48,436 nucleotides of DNA from Promethearchaeota archaeon (lineage in GTDB: Archaea; Asgardarchaeota; Lokiarchaeia; Sigyniarchaeales; SOKP01): positions 1 through 48,436 of the forward strand of contig JALGVJ010000030.1 of the NCBI GenBank assembly GCA_029838195.1, given 5' to 3'. How positions within the stretch are numbered: position 1 is the first letter of the stretch; each line of letters opens with the position of its first letter. Made by a program: the position numbers and the translations under genes. Below, piece by piece: positions 8,888 through 17,812 of this stretch. The notes under the pieces are model-generated. The model ran no database searches and was not told where the DNA came from. It saw nothing but the letters and a program-made list of their open reading frames with translations.

Positions 8888-10264
8888 ATGTCGCAAACCA
8901 TCTCAAAAAGAACGACTATTGCCTATAGCTTTGCCGGCATTGCTGACACGATGTCTTATCAATTATTTACCTTCTATATTTTCAATTTTTACTTCGCTGT
9001 TGTCCAATTAGATCTTTGGCTTGTTACTTTAGGCTATATTTTATGGTCAATCTGGAATGCGATAAATGACCCGTTGCTGGGGGCGATCTCAGATAGGACA
9101 TCGTCCAAATGGGGAAGAAGGAAGCCATTCATCATTGGAGGCATCATTCCATTATGCATTATTATGATTCTTTTATGGACCCCTCCTAAAGGCTCTCAAA
9201 TACTCGCTTTCATCTATTTTTTAATTATCATAAATCTATTTGATACCTTTTACACGATGTATTCTCTCAATCAGACGTCCTTATTTCCAGAAATGTTTGT
9301 TAATCTTGAAGAAAGAGCCAAGGCTAATAATTATGTTCAAATTTTTAACATCATTGGATTATTATTCGCAGCTATCTTACCTTCATTTTTTATATCTGAA
9401 TTTCTCGGTCCTGGCGTTGAAGCAGAATACGTGAATGCGGCAATTTTTATGGCTCTTTTAGCGGCAATTTTTGCTTTCGTGTTTATAAAATTTGGATTAA
9501 AAGAGCGGAAAGAGTATTCTAAAGATCCTGAAAGCGCCCCTTCATTTTTTAGTTCTGTCAAGCTAACTTTTAAAAATAAAGCCTTTAGAGCCTATATCTT
9601 GACAAATTTTGCCCAATGGTACGTGTTTGGTTTGATTCCCATCATTAATCCTTATTTTTTGGGCTTTATTATCAAGATCACGGATGCTTTCATTCAATCG
9701 TTATTCTTGGCTCTAACGTTCATTTCAGCGGTTATTTTCATGACACTATGGAGTAAATATTTTGCCAACCATGGCGTGAAAAAAGGGCAATTGACGGCCT
9801 TGGCTATCATGTCGTTGACGTTCATTCCTTTTTTATTTGTTTGGGAAATGATCGGTGCCATTATAACCTATATTTTAATAGGTTTTGGATTCGCGGGTAT
9901 CATATTTGGACGGGACGTGATCATGGCTTCCATCATCGATTTTGATGAGGTGAACACGGGCATAAGAAGAGAAGCCGCGTATTATGGCGTGAACGCTTTA
10001 ATCATTCGATTTTCTACGATTGCTGTTTCGTTGTCCATTGCCTTAGTTTTCAACACTACGGGATGGAGGATTTATGATCCCGCGACCGTGACTCCTTGGA
10101 TTCTTTTTGGCATTCGATTACTCATGTGCGTGTTTCCAATGGCCGCGCTTGGTCTCGGATTTTTGTTATTATTACGCTTCCCTATTACGAAGGAAAAATA
10201 CATTGAAATAAAACAAGAATTAGAAAAAATTCACGAAGAAAAAATAAAGAAAACGGCCGAATAA
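8888..10264 (+). CDS. GPH-family (MelB/MFS_2) sugar:cation symporter
   Basis: NAINDPLLGAISDRTSSKWGRRKPF and D.DE..TG.RREA.Y.G motifs; about 12 TM. Confidence 0.92.
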   Translation: MSQTISKRTTIAYSFAGIADTMSYQLFTFYIFNFYFAVVQLDLWLVTLGYILWSIWNAINDPLLGAISDRTSSKWGRRKPFIIGGIIPLCIIMILLWTPPKGSQILAFIYFLIIINLFDTFYTMYSLNQTSLFPEMFVNLEERAKANNYVQIFNIIGLLFAAILPSFFISEFLGPGVEAEYVNAAIFMALLAAIFAFVFIKFGLKERKEYSKDPESAPSFFSSVKLTFKNKAFRAYILTNFAQWYVFGLIPIINPYFLGFIIKITDAFIQSLFLALTFISAVIFMTLWSKYFANHGVKKGQLTALAIMSLTFIPFLFVWEMIGAIITYILIGFGFAGIIFGRDVIMASIIDFDEVNTGIRREAAYYGVNALIIRFSTIAVSLSIALVFNTTGWRIYDPATVTPWILFGIRLLMCVFPMAALGLGFLLLLRFPITKEKYIEIKQELEKIHEEKIKKTAE

Positions 10265-10493
10265 AAAACATCCTTTCAATCTTTTTTTACCTCTTTTTTA
10301 TTTTTGTTTAGAATCTTATCCTCTGGGGAGATAAGTTTTAATTTAATTCAATTCAGTTCACTTTTGGAATGCAGTTCGAATGCTTTCTTTAATTTCATGC
10401 GGATATTTGCAAGGAGAGCAGTACCCTTATATTAGGTCATAGATTAAATTTATCATTAATACATGAATTAAATCATATTTTTGCAGTAAAAAA

Positions 10494-11801
10494 ATGAACT
10501 CACCAAAAAAACCGAATGTTATTTTATTCATCACCCATGATCAAGGGCAATATTTAAGATGTTATGATTCTGTTCAAATGCCTAACAGGCTTAACACGCC
10601 CAATTTGGACAAATTGGCAAGAGAAGGCGTGAAATTTACCAATTATTTTTGCACGGCTCCTCAATGTAGTCCTTCACGTGGAAGCATCATTACTTCTTTA
10701 TATCCGCACCAAAATGGCTTAATCGGATTAGTCAATCGAGGATGGACGCTTCCACGGGAAAATAAAACGTTGGCAATGTACATGAAGGAGAATGGATATA
10801 GCACGCATTTATTAGGTCTACAACATGAAAGTTTTGATGCGCATTCCTTGGGTTATGATACCGTGAGTAAAAGAGGCGCGGAATGGAAATATTCATGCAA
10901 AAGAATGGAAAATGAATTTTCGAAATTTTTTCATCAACATCAGCATGATGAGCGGCCTTTTTTTCTAAAAATTGGCACGATTGAGGTCCACTTGCCCTTT
11001 CGAGCTTGGACAGAACCAGTAGATCCTAAGAGAGTTAAAATTCCTCCTTTTCTTCCCGACAATGCGGCCATTCGTCAAAATTTTGCTGAATTTTATGGAG
11101 CTATTGAGGTAGTTGATAATGCGATCGGTAAGATTATGGTTGAGTTGGAAGCTACCAATTTGGTTGATAACACGCTTTTTATTTTCACGACGGATCATGG
11201 CATCCCCTTTCCTCGCGCAAAATGCACCTTGTATGATCCTGGCATTAAAACGCTATTATTAATGGCGCTCCCCTCCTCGGAAATGTTTAGTGGAGGGAAA
11301 GTCATTCATCAAATGATAAGCAACATTGATCTCTTGCCCACTATAATGGAATTCACGGGAGGAAGAGTTCCAAATAATCTAGAAGGAAAAAGCTTTCTTC
11401 CTCTTTTAAATAATGAAATATCCACCTTTCGAGAAGAAATTTTCGTTGAGAAAACATACCATGAAATTTATGACCCCATGAGGGGAATTCGAACAAAAAA
11501 CTACAAATATATCTGGAATTGCGAGCCCTCTGATGTTCTCTATCAAATTCCCGGCGACATTATGATGGAACCTTCGGGAAAATTCATGAAAAAGCTTCAC
11601 CAAAAACCTCGTCCGAGAGAAGAATTCTACGATTTAGAAAAAGATCCAAATGAAATGGATAATCAAATTACCGATCCCGACTATCAAGATATAATACAAG
11701 AGCTTAAAGGCAAGTTGCGTGAGTGGATGGAAAAAACGAGTGATCCCATCTTACAAGGTAAAATCCCTGATAAAAGAATAAAACCTCCCAAGCATTATTA
11801 A
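10494..11801 (+). CDS. Cys-type formylglycine-dependent sulfatase (sulfamidase/SGSH-like subgroup)
   Basis: PNVILF, CSPSR.S..T..YPH.NG, FTTDHG, KCTLYDPG and YDLEKDPNE motifs. Confidence 0.92.
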   Translation: MNSPKKPNVILFITHDQGQYLRCYDSVQMPNRLNTPNLDKLAREGVKFTNYFCTAPQCSPSRGSIITSLYPHQNGLIGLVNRGWTLPRENKTLAMYMKENGYSTHLLGLQHESFDAHSLGYDTVSKRGAEWKYSCKRMENEFSKFFHQHQHDERPFFLKIGTIEVHLPFRAWTEPVDPKRVKIPPFLPDNAAIRQNFAEFYGAIEVVDNAIGKIMVELEATNLVDNTLFIFTTDHGIPFPRAKCTLYDPGIKTLLLMALPSSEMFSGGKVIHQMISNIDLLPTIMEFTGGRVPNNLEGKSFLPLLNNEISTFREEIFVEKTYHEIYDPMRGIRTKNYKYIWNCEPSDVLYQIPGDIMMEPSGKFMKKLHQKPRPREEFYDLEKDPNEMDNQITDPDYQDIIQELKGKLREWMEKTSDPILQGKIPDKRIKPPKHY

Positions 11802-11888
11802 ATCTAATTAAGATTTTTTTATCAATCCCTAAATTTAAGTAGAATTTAATGATCTTTCTAATTAAAAAAAAATAACGATAAACCTAAA

Positions 11889-13949
11889 ATGGAGAAAAAG
11901 AAGAAATATTTAGATGCTTCCTTGGATTTAGAAACGAGAATTGATGATTTGCTGGAACAATTAACGTTAGAAGAAAAATTCTTGTTACTACGGGGTAAGG
12001 ATTTTTGGACGACTAATCCCATCGCACGGTTAGGAATCCCTTCTTTTGGAATGACAGATGGGCCCCTTGGCGTTGCCTGGCATTCTAGTCATCGAGGAAA
12101 GCACACAAGGTTCCCCGCAACAATAGGATTAGCCGCCACGTGGAATAAAGAATTAGCCTATAAAATGGGAGAAGCTATGGGCAAAGAAGTTAGATTAGCA
12201 GGCAGACACCAGCTTTTAGGGCCGGGAGTTAACATCATCCGTTCTCCCCTCTGTGGCAGGAATTTTGAATATTTGAGTGAAGATCCCGTTCTTTCTTCTG
12301 ATATTGCTGCAGAAATTGTTAAGGGTCTTCAATCTCAAAAAGTTGCTGCGTGCGTTAAACATTATATCATGAATAATTCTGAAACAAAACGCACGAAAAT
12401 ATCTGCTGAAATCAGTGAACGTGCCTTACAAGAAATTTACGTGAAGAATTTTAAGCGAATCATCGAAAAATCCGATCCATGGGGCATCATGGCATGTTAT
12501 AATAAAATTAATGGAATCTACGGAGCTGAAAATCAATATATTCTCCGAGAAATACTTCGGGATCAATTAGGCTTCACGGGGCATGTAGTTAGTGACTGGG
12601 GTGCTGCTCGTAATACTTCGGGAGCCGCAGCTTGTATTAAAGCAGGGCTGAATTTAGAAATGCCCGGTAAGCTTTTAAGTAAAGTGTTAACGCCAAAAAA
12701 CATTATAAAAGCTTTAAGTTCCGGTGAAATAAATGAAAAGGATATAGATGAAGCTGTAAGACCCTTACTTAGGACGTTTTTTAGGGTTGGATTGTTAGAA
12801 CAAGAAGAATCAATTTTTACGAAAATTTCTGATCTTTCCGAACATCAAGAATTAGCCCAAAAAATCGCTGAAGAGAGCATGGTGTTATTAAAAAATGATT
12901 CAAATATCCTCCCCGTGAATTTAGATGAAGTTAAAAAAATAGCTATACTAGGACCTAATGCTAAAAAAGTATTTGGTAAACCGCTTCAAGGTGGCAGTTC
13001 CGCCGTGGTCCCTCCTAAATTCATCACCCCTTTTGAAGGAATCCGTAAATATGTTTCCGGAAAAGCAGAAATAATTGCAAATCCGGAGGATGCTGATGTC
13101 GTTTTTTTAATTCTGGGGTTAGACCATGGAGGAAATTTCTTGAAAATGCTCTTCATTAAGACTGAAGGCGATACAGAAGGCAATGATCGTACGCATTATG
13201 GCTTGCCCGACAACCAAGTGCGCTTGATAGAAGAGACGGTTTTAAAAAATCCCAATACAATCGTAATTTTAATTGCCGGAAGTCCCATTGATTGTTCGCC
13301 GTGGCATGATAAGGTACCCGCCATTCTTAACGCTTGGTATCCCGGCATGATGGGAGGGACGGCTTTAGCTCGCGTTATTTTCGGTGACGTATCTCCTTCT
13401 GGAAAATTGCCTGTGACGTATCCTAAAAAATTAGAAGATCATCCCGCTCATCTTTCTAAAAAGCGATTTCCAGGAAATCTTAAAGAACTAAAAATTTATT
13501 ATGAGGAAGGAATATACGTTGGATATCGCTACTTTGATAAACACGCGATCGAGCCTATGTTCCCGTTCGGATTTGGTCTTTCTTATACTACCTTCAAGTT
13601 ATCGAATATTAAATTGGATAAATCTACTATTAAGGAAAACGATATACTTACCATTTCCGTTGACGTGCAAAATACAGGATCTCAAGCGGGAGCGGAAGTC
13701 ATTCAAATTTACGTGGGGGATGATGAATGTTCAGTAGATCGTCCTCTAAAAGAATTAGTTGCTTTTGAAAAAGTATTTTTAACAGCCGGCGAGAAAAAAA
13801 CAGTTACGTTGACGTTAGAACACTCAGCTTTTGAATTTTATTCGGAACAAGAAAGCGCCTTCATTACAGAAGCAGGCTCTTTTACCTTATGGGCAGGTAC
13901 GTCTTCTCGAGATTTTCCTTTATCCACGAAAATTACTCTTATAAAATAA
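11889..13949 (+). CDS. GH3 beta-glucosidase/xylosidase with Fn3-like C-terminal domain
   Basis: TDGPLG, GRNFEYLSEDP, CVKH, VVSDW (nucleophile Asp), SMVLLKN and YRYFD..FPFGFGLSYT motifs. Confidence 0.93.
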   Translation: MEKKKKYLDASLDLETRIDDLLEQLTLEEKFLLLRGKDFWTTNPIARLGIPSFGMTDGPLGVAWHSSHRGKHTRFPATIGLAATWNKELAYKMGEAMGKEVRLAGRHQLLGPGVNIIRSPLCGRNFEYLSEDPVLSSDIAAEIVKGLQSQKVAACVKHYIMNNSETKRTKISAEISERALQEIYVKNFKRIIEKSDPWGIMACYNKINGIYGAENQYILREILRDQLGFTGHVVSDWGAARNTSGAAACIKAGLNLEMPGKLLSKVLTPKNIIKALSSGEINEKDIDEAVRPLLRTFFRVGLLEQEESIFTKISDLSEHQELAQKIAEESMVLLKNDSNILPVNLDEVKKIAILGPNAKKVFGKPLQGGSSAVVPPKFITPFEGIRKYVSGKAEIIANPEDADVVFLILGLDHGGNFLKMLFIKTEGDTEGNDRTHYGLPDNQVRLIEETVLKNPNTIVILIAGSPIDCSPWHDKVPAILNAWYPGMMGGTALARVIFGDVSPSGKLPVTYPKKLEDHPAHLSKKRFPGNLKELKIYYEEGIYVGYRYFDKHAIEPMFPFGFGLSYTTFKLSNIKLDKSTIKENDILTISVDVQNTGSQAGAEVIQIYVGDDECSVDRPLKELVAFEKVFLTAGEKKTVTLTLEHSAFEFYSEQESAFITEAGSFTLWAGTSSRDFPLSTKITLIK

Positions 13950-14020
13950 ATTTTCTCTTTTTTTTTTACTTTTCTCTTAAAAAGAGAGCGAAAGTAATTG
14001 AATTTGAGGAGGGGGTCTTA

Positions 14021-14040
14021 TTTTCTAATCCTTTAGAAAA
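14021..14040. promoter_or_regulatory. Perfect 8-bp inverted repeat (operator or hairpin candidate)
   Basis: TTTTCTAA-TCCT-TTAGAAAA just upstream of the alpha/beta hydrolase gene. Confidence 0.3.
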
Positions 14041-14126
14041 TCTTCATGAGAGATAAAGTCTTAAATATATCAAATTCAAATTATGATGTGGATAGTAATT
14101 CAAATAATAAAAAAAGTGATCGTAAA

Positions 14127-15803
14127 ATGAATATCATGAATAAAATAAAATCTAATAAAAAAGTTTCGGGTATCTTAATTGCTTTACTCATTACCATCGT
14201 GGGTCTCATCCCCCTGCTCGTGCTTACATATTGGGCGGATCCTCAACATCCGTACTCTATTAAGAAGATCACGTTAGTTTCGGATGATGGCACGAAAATT
14301 ACAGCATTATTACATCAACCATTGTCTAATGACTCAAAGCTTGATGCCGGCATTGTGAACGCTCATGGCTATTGCGGAAACAAGCAACACAATGCTAAAA
14401 TTAGTATTGAATTGGTAAAAAGAGGTTTCACCGTGGTGACTCTCGATTTTCGAGGACATGGAAGCTCTGATGGATATCTTGGAGAAAATAGACAAGGACT
14501 TTATTTGGATATGATGGCGGCCATTAAATATTTGGAAAATTTAGGATATATTAAAAAATTTGGCTTAATAGGACATTCTATGGGAGGCAGCGCTGCATTC
14601 AGCGTTGCTGAAGCTCATCCCGATAAAATCAAGGCACTGGTAGCAATTGGAAGTTTTCGAGCTAATTTAACTCCTGCTAAAGCACCGAATTTATTGGTCG
14701 CTCTCGGTAGGTTTGAGCAAGTTGCCACGCTTGATGAAGCTCTTACTTACTTGACCACGTATGTTGGAGGGAGCCCAATTGAGGTGGGAAAATTATATGG
14801 AGAGTTTTCAAAAGGGACTGCATTTAAAATCGTGATTGGGCCCACTTCTGAACACCTCTATGAAACTACCGAGCCCACCATCGTGAAAGAAACGGTAAAA
14901 TGGTTTGAATGTGCATTTATAGGACGAGATCCTAATGCTAGTGATGAAGATATCCATTTAACGGTCGGATATAGTCAATTTTTTTACAATTTAGCTTTAG
15001 CCGGAGTGGTAGCATTAGGGTTTGGATTAATAGTATATCTGAGGAGCTTCATTTTTAAAAAAAAAGATATTTTTCCGGAAACTATCGACGAACAAGCTTC
15101 AATAGGGAAATTGTATCTATTATATCTCCTTGTAGGGTTAATCGGTCTATTATTTTCTCAATCAGCAGTAAACTTATTTGAAGCAACATTACCCGTTTCT
15201 TCCGGAGATCAATTATTTGCGTTGATGGTGGGGACAATAATTGGTATTCTTCTCGCATGGTTTGCTCTCACGATAAAGAGCAAGGAAAAGAAATTTTCTG
15301 AATTGCCCTCTTTAATTAGCCATCTTTCTCCTGGCAATCCTTGTCGCTCCATTGTATTTGGCGTCATCTCAGCAATTCTCCTCTGCACGCTTATTGCTTT
15401 AATTTCAGATTGGAACACTGTCACTACGTTTCTCACGGTGAGAGAAATAGGAACGGTAATCTTTATGACATTCTTGTTCTTCCCCCTTTTCCTCATGAAA
15501 GAATTCTATTTTAGGATGGTTCAATCTCATTTATCCCATGAAAATCGATTTAAGGAGTACTTTTCTATGACCGGCATCGGAATTGCCATGGAAATCACGC
15601 TATATATTCCCATCATGCTCCTCACATGGGGTGAGTTTCTTTCTCTTTCCCTTACCGTGCTAGCGGCGTTCGCTATAATTCAACAAATACTCGTAACATG
15701 GGTCTACATGCATGGTGGAAGAAATATCATCAGTTCCTCCGTATTTTTAAGCATTTTATACGGATGGATGATCGTGAATTTCTTTCCATTTGGAATGTAT
15801 TAA
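14127..15803 (+). CDS. Membrane-bound alpha/beta hydrolase with a multi-TM C-terminal domain
   Basis: N-terminal TM anchor, AHGY, DFRGHG, GHSMGG nucleophile elbow, EH; about 8 C-terminal TM helices. ATG 14127 preferred over 14046. Confidence 0.85.
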   Translation: MNIMNKIKSNKKVSGILIALLITIVGLIPLLVLTYWADPQHPYSIKKITLVSDDGTKITALLHQPLSNDSKLDAGIVNAHGYCGNKQHNAKISIELVKRGFTVVTLDFRGHGSSDGYLGENRQGLYLDMMAAIKYLENLGYIKKFGLIGHSMGGSAAFSVAEAHPDKIKALVAIGSFRANLTPAKAPNLLVALGRFEQVATLDEALTYLTTYVGGSPIEVGKLYGEFSKGTAFKIVIGPTSEHLYETTEPTIVKETVKWFECAFIGRDPNASDEDIHLTVGYSQFFYNLALAGVVALGFGLIVYLRSFIFKKKDIFPETIDEQASIGKLYLLYLLVGLIGLLFSQSAVNLFEATLPVSSGDQLFALMVGTIIGILLAWFALTIKSKEKKFSELPSLISHLSPGNPCRSIVFGVISAILLCTLIALISDWNTVTTFLTVREIGTVIFMTFLFFPLFLMKEFYFRMVQSHLSHENRFKEYFSMTGIGIAMEITLYIPIMLLTWGEFLSLSLTVLAAFAIIQQILVTWVYMHGGRNIISSSVFLSILYGWMIVNFFPFGMY

Positions 15804-16020
15804 AAACTTTAATTTTTTTTATTTTTTCTCCATTCATTACCCTTCTTACATGATGCCGTTTTCCTTTTTCTTGAAAAATTTTCAAGTCTTCCTCTTTTCT
15901 TGGATTTCTTTCTTTTTACAAGTAATTTAAGTCTGTTTACAAAAGAGTAGAATTTAAAAATGTGTGTGATCTATTTAATTTTATCTAATTAGAAATAAAT
16001 CATGGGTGTTGAAAAGTATC

Positions 16021-17106
16021 ATGCCAACTTTTGGTCATGTATTCTACGGGCTATGTTTGCTCATTCCCATTCTATACTTCGCCAAGGATAAATTTAACTA
16101 TAAATTAGCCTTCATTTTCCTCGCGAATAATATCTATGGCCCCGATATTGTTTTTCTTTTTAGCTTCATTCCCATGCCTTTTCATAGCATGTTAGGGTTC
16201 CTCATCATTGCGGTCCCTCTTTCCATGGTCTACTCCTATTGTTCACGCTTTTCCATGCAAAAATCAGAAGAAGGTTGGTTCCCCCTCACCTTAGTAGATA
16301 ATGGAATTAGAGACGTGAATTGGAAAAATGCATATTTAGCAACGGCAGCAGGAGGTTTTTCTCATTTTTTTATCGACCAATTTTATCATTGGGAGCGTGA
16401 AATGACTTTATGGCCGACCTTGATTTTCACGCACAATGAAATGCTAGGATGGAGTGGACTCGCTTACCATACCATGAATCCCATTATGGTAATCGGAGAA
16501 GCCATCGTGGTAATCGTAATTCTCCTATCATTATATACTTTCAGGGAAGGAACCAAGGAAACCATTAAAGTTTTCCTCGTGGCTACGGCTTTATCTCTTC
16601 TCCTCATGATTCTCATATCCACGGAAATCTATGGAGGAGAGCGAGAATATGCCGTGATCGTGGGCTCTACCTTTTATACCTTGATTCCACTCGGACTCCT
16701 TTTTTACGCAGCACGCGATATTCTTGATCATCCCAGAACGACTCCGGATGAGCCAAAAATTAATAGAAAAACTCTCCTTAATATCGTGGCTCTCATCTCT
16801 CTTTTACTGGGAATCTTCATGACGATGTATGCTCTTCTCGTCATTTTCATGGCGGACACGATAGTTTCCCTGATTGGAGGACTTGCAGTGGCCACGCCGG
16901 CCCAGATTCAAGGATTGGGGTACTACTATGGCACGATTGCCATTATCTTACTCGTCGGTTCAATTGGACTCTTCTTCAAGAATAAAACATGCAGGTATCT
17001 CGTGATCATGACTTCTTTATACTTTTTGATCTTTGGATTTCCCATCGCCATTGCCTTCTTTCTTTGTGAAAAAGAGGTGAAAAAGCTATTTGAAAAAGAA
17101 CAATAA
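16021..17106 (+). CDS. Membrane-bound metal-dependent hydrolase (YdjM-like) with extra TM helices
   Basis: N-terminal GH, GPD, FHS.LG and GGFSHFFID motifs typical of YdjM-type hydrolases. Confidence 0.65.
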   Translation: MPTFGHVFYGLCLLIPILYFAKDKFNYKLAFIFLANNIYGPDIVFLFSFIPMPFHSMLGFLIIAVPLSMVYSYCSRFSMQKSEEGWFPLTLVDNGIRDVNWKNAYLATAAGGFSHFFIDQFYHWEREMTLWPTLIFTHNEMLGWSGLAYHTMNPIMVIGEAIVVIVILLSLYTFREGTKETIKVFLVATALSLLLMILISTEIYGGEREYAVIVGSTFYTLIPLGLLFYAARDILDHPRTTPDEPKINRKTLLNIVALISLLLGIFMTMYALLVIFMADTIVSLIGGLAVATPAQIQGLGYYYGTIAIILLVGSIGLFFKNKTCRYLVIMTSLYFLIFGFPIAIAFFLCEKEVKKLFEKEQ

Positions 17107-17812
17107 TTTTAAATCTAATTTTTTTTTTAGTCGAATACCCTTTTAAAAAGACTCTATTTAGAAATCAATGAAGTAAGAGTCAATATTGGTTTTCCAAAAA
17201 AAAATTTTATCTTAACCTTTAGTGCCTTATGGTAAATAGTGTCAAAATTCAAATTGATATTCAATTAAGGGTTAGAAATTCATTTTAATAGCAGTACTCC
17301 TATTCATGAGAAAAAAAAAGGAAATATTAAATTTTTTTATGAGATTCTGAAAGTCGTGAACATTAGTTTCTTTGACGATCTTATCTCCATGTTAATCTTA
17401 CCTCTTTTAACATTTTGATAATTTTAGATTCTTCAATCTAACTTAAAAATTGAAAGTTTCACGTGAAAAAATATATTTGAATTTATTTTATACCTGTTTT
17501 TAACTGGCGCCCAATAAGGAGGCAACGTGTCCGATGGAGAGAAAGAAAGAGCTCATGAAGAACGATTAGGAAAGACAATTAAACAACCCCTCTATTTTTG
17601 TGTTCATGTCTAATTTTGTCCAAAATTGTTTTGACTAGACGGCGACTGTTTTTTAAGAGTTACTATCATTAATTTCAAATTTCAATAGAAATCTTTATAA
17701 TATAGTTTGAATCTATTTTTATTTGTAAAATTTTCTATAATACTTTTCATGACCACATGAAAAACAACAATATCAAGTAAATAAATCCTAAAAATAAAAA
17801 TAAAAAGGCAAA

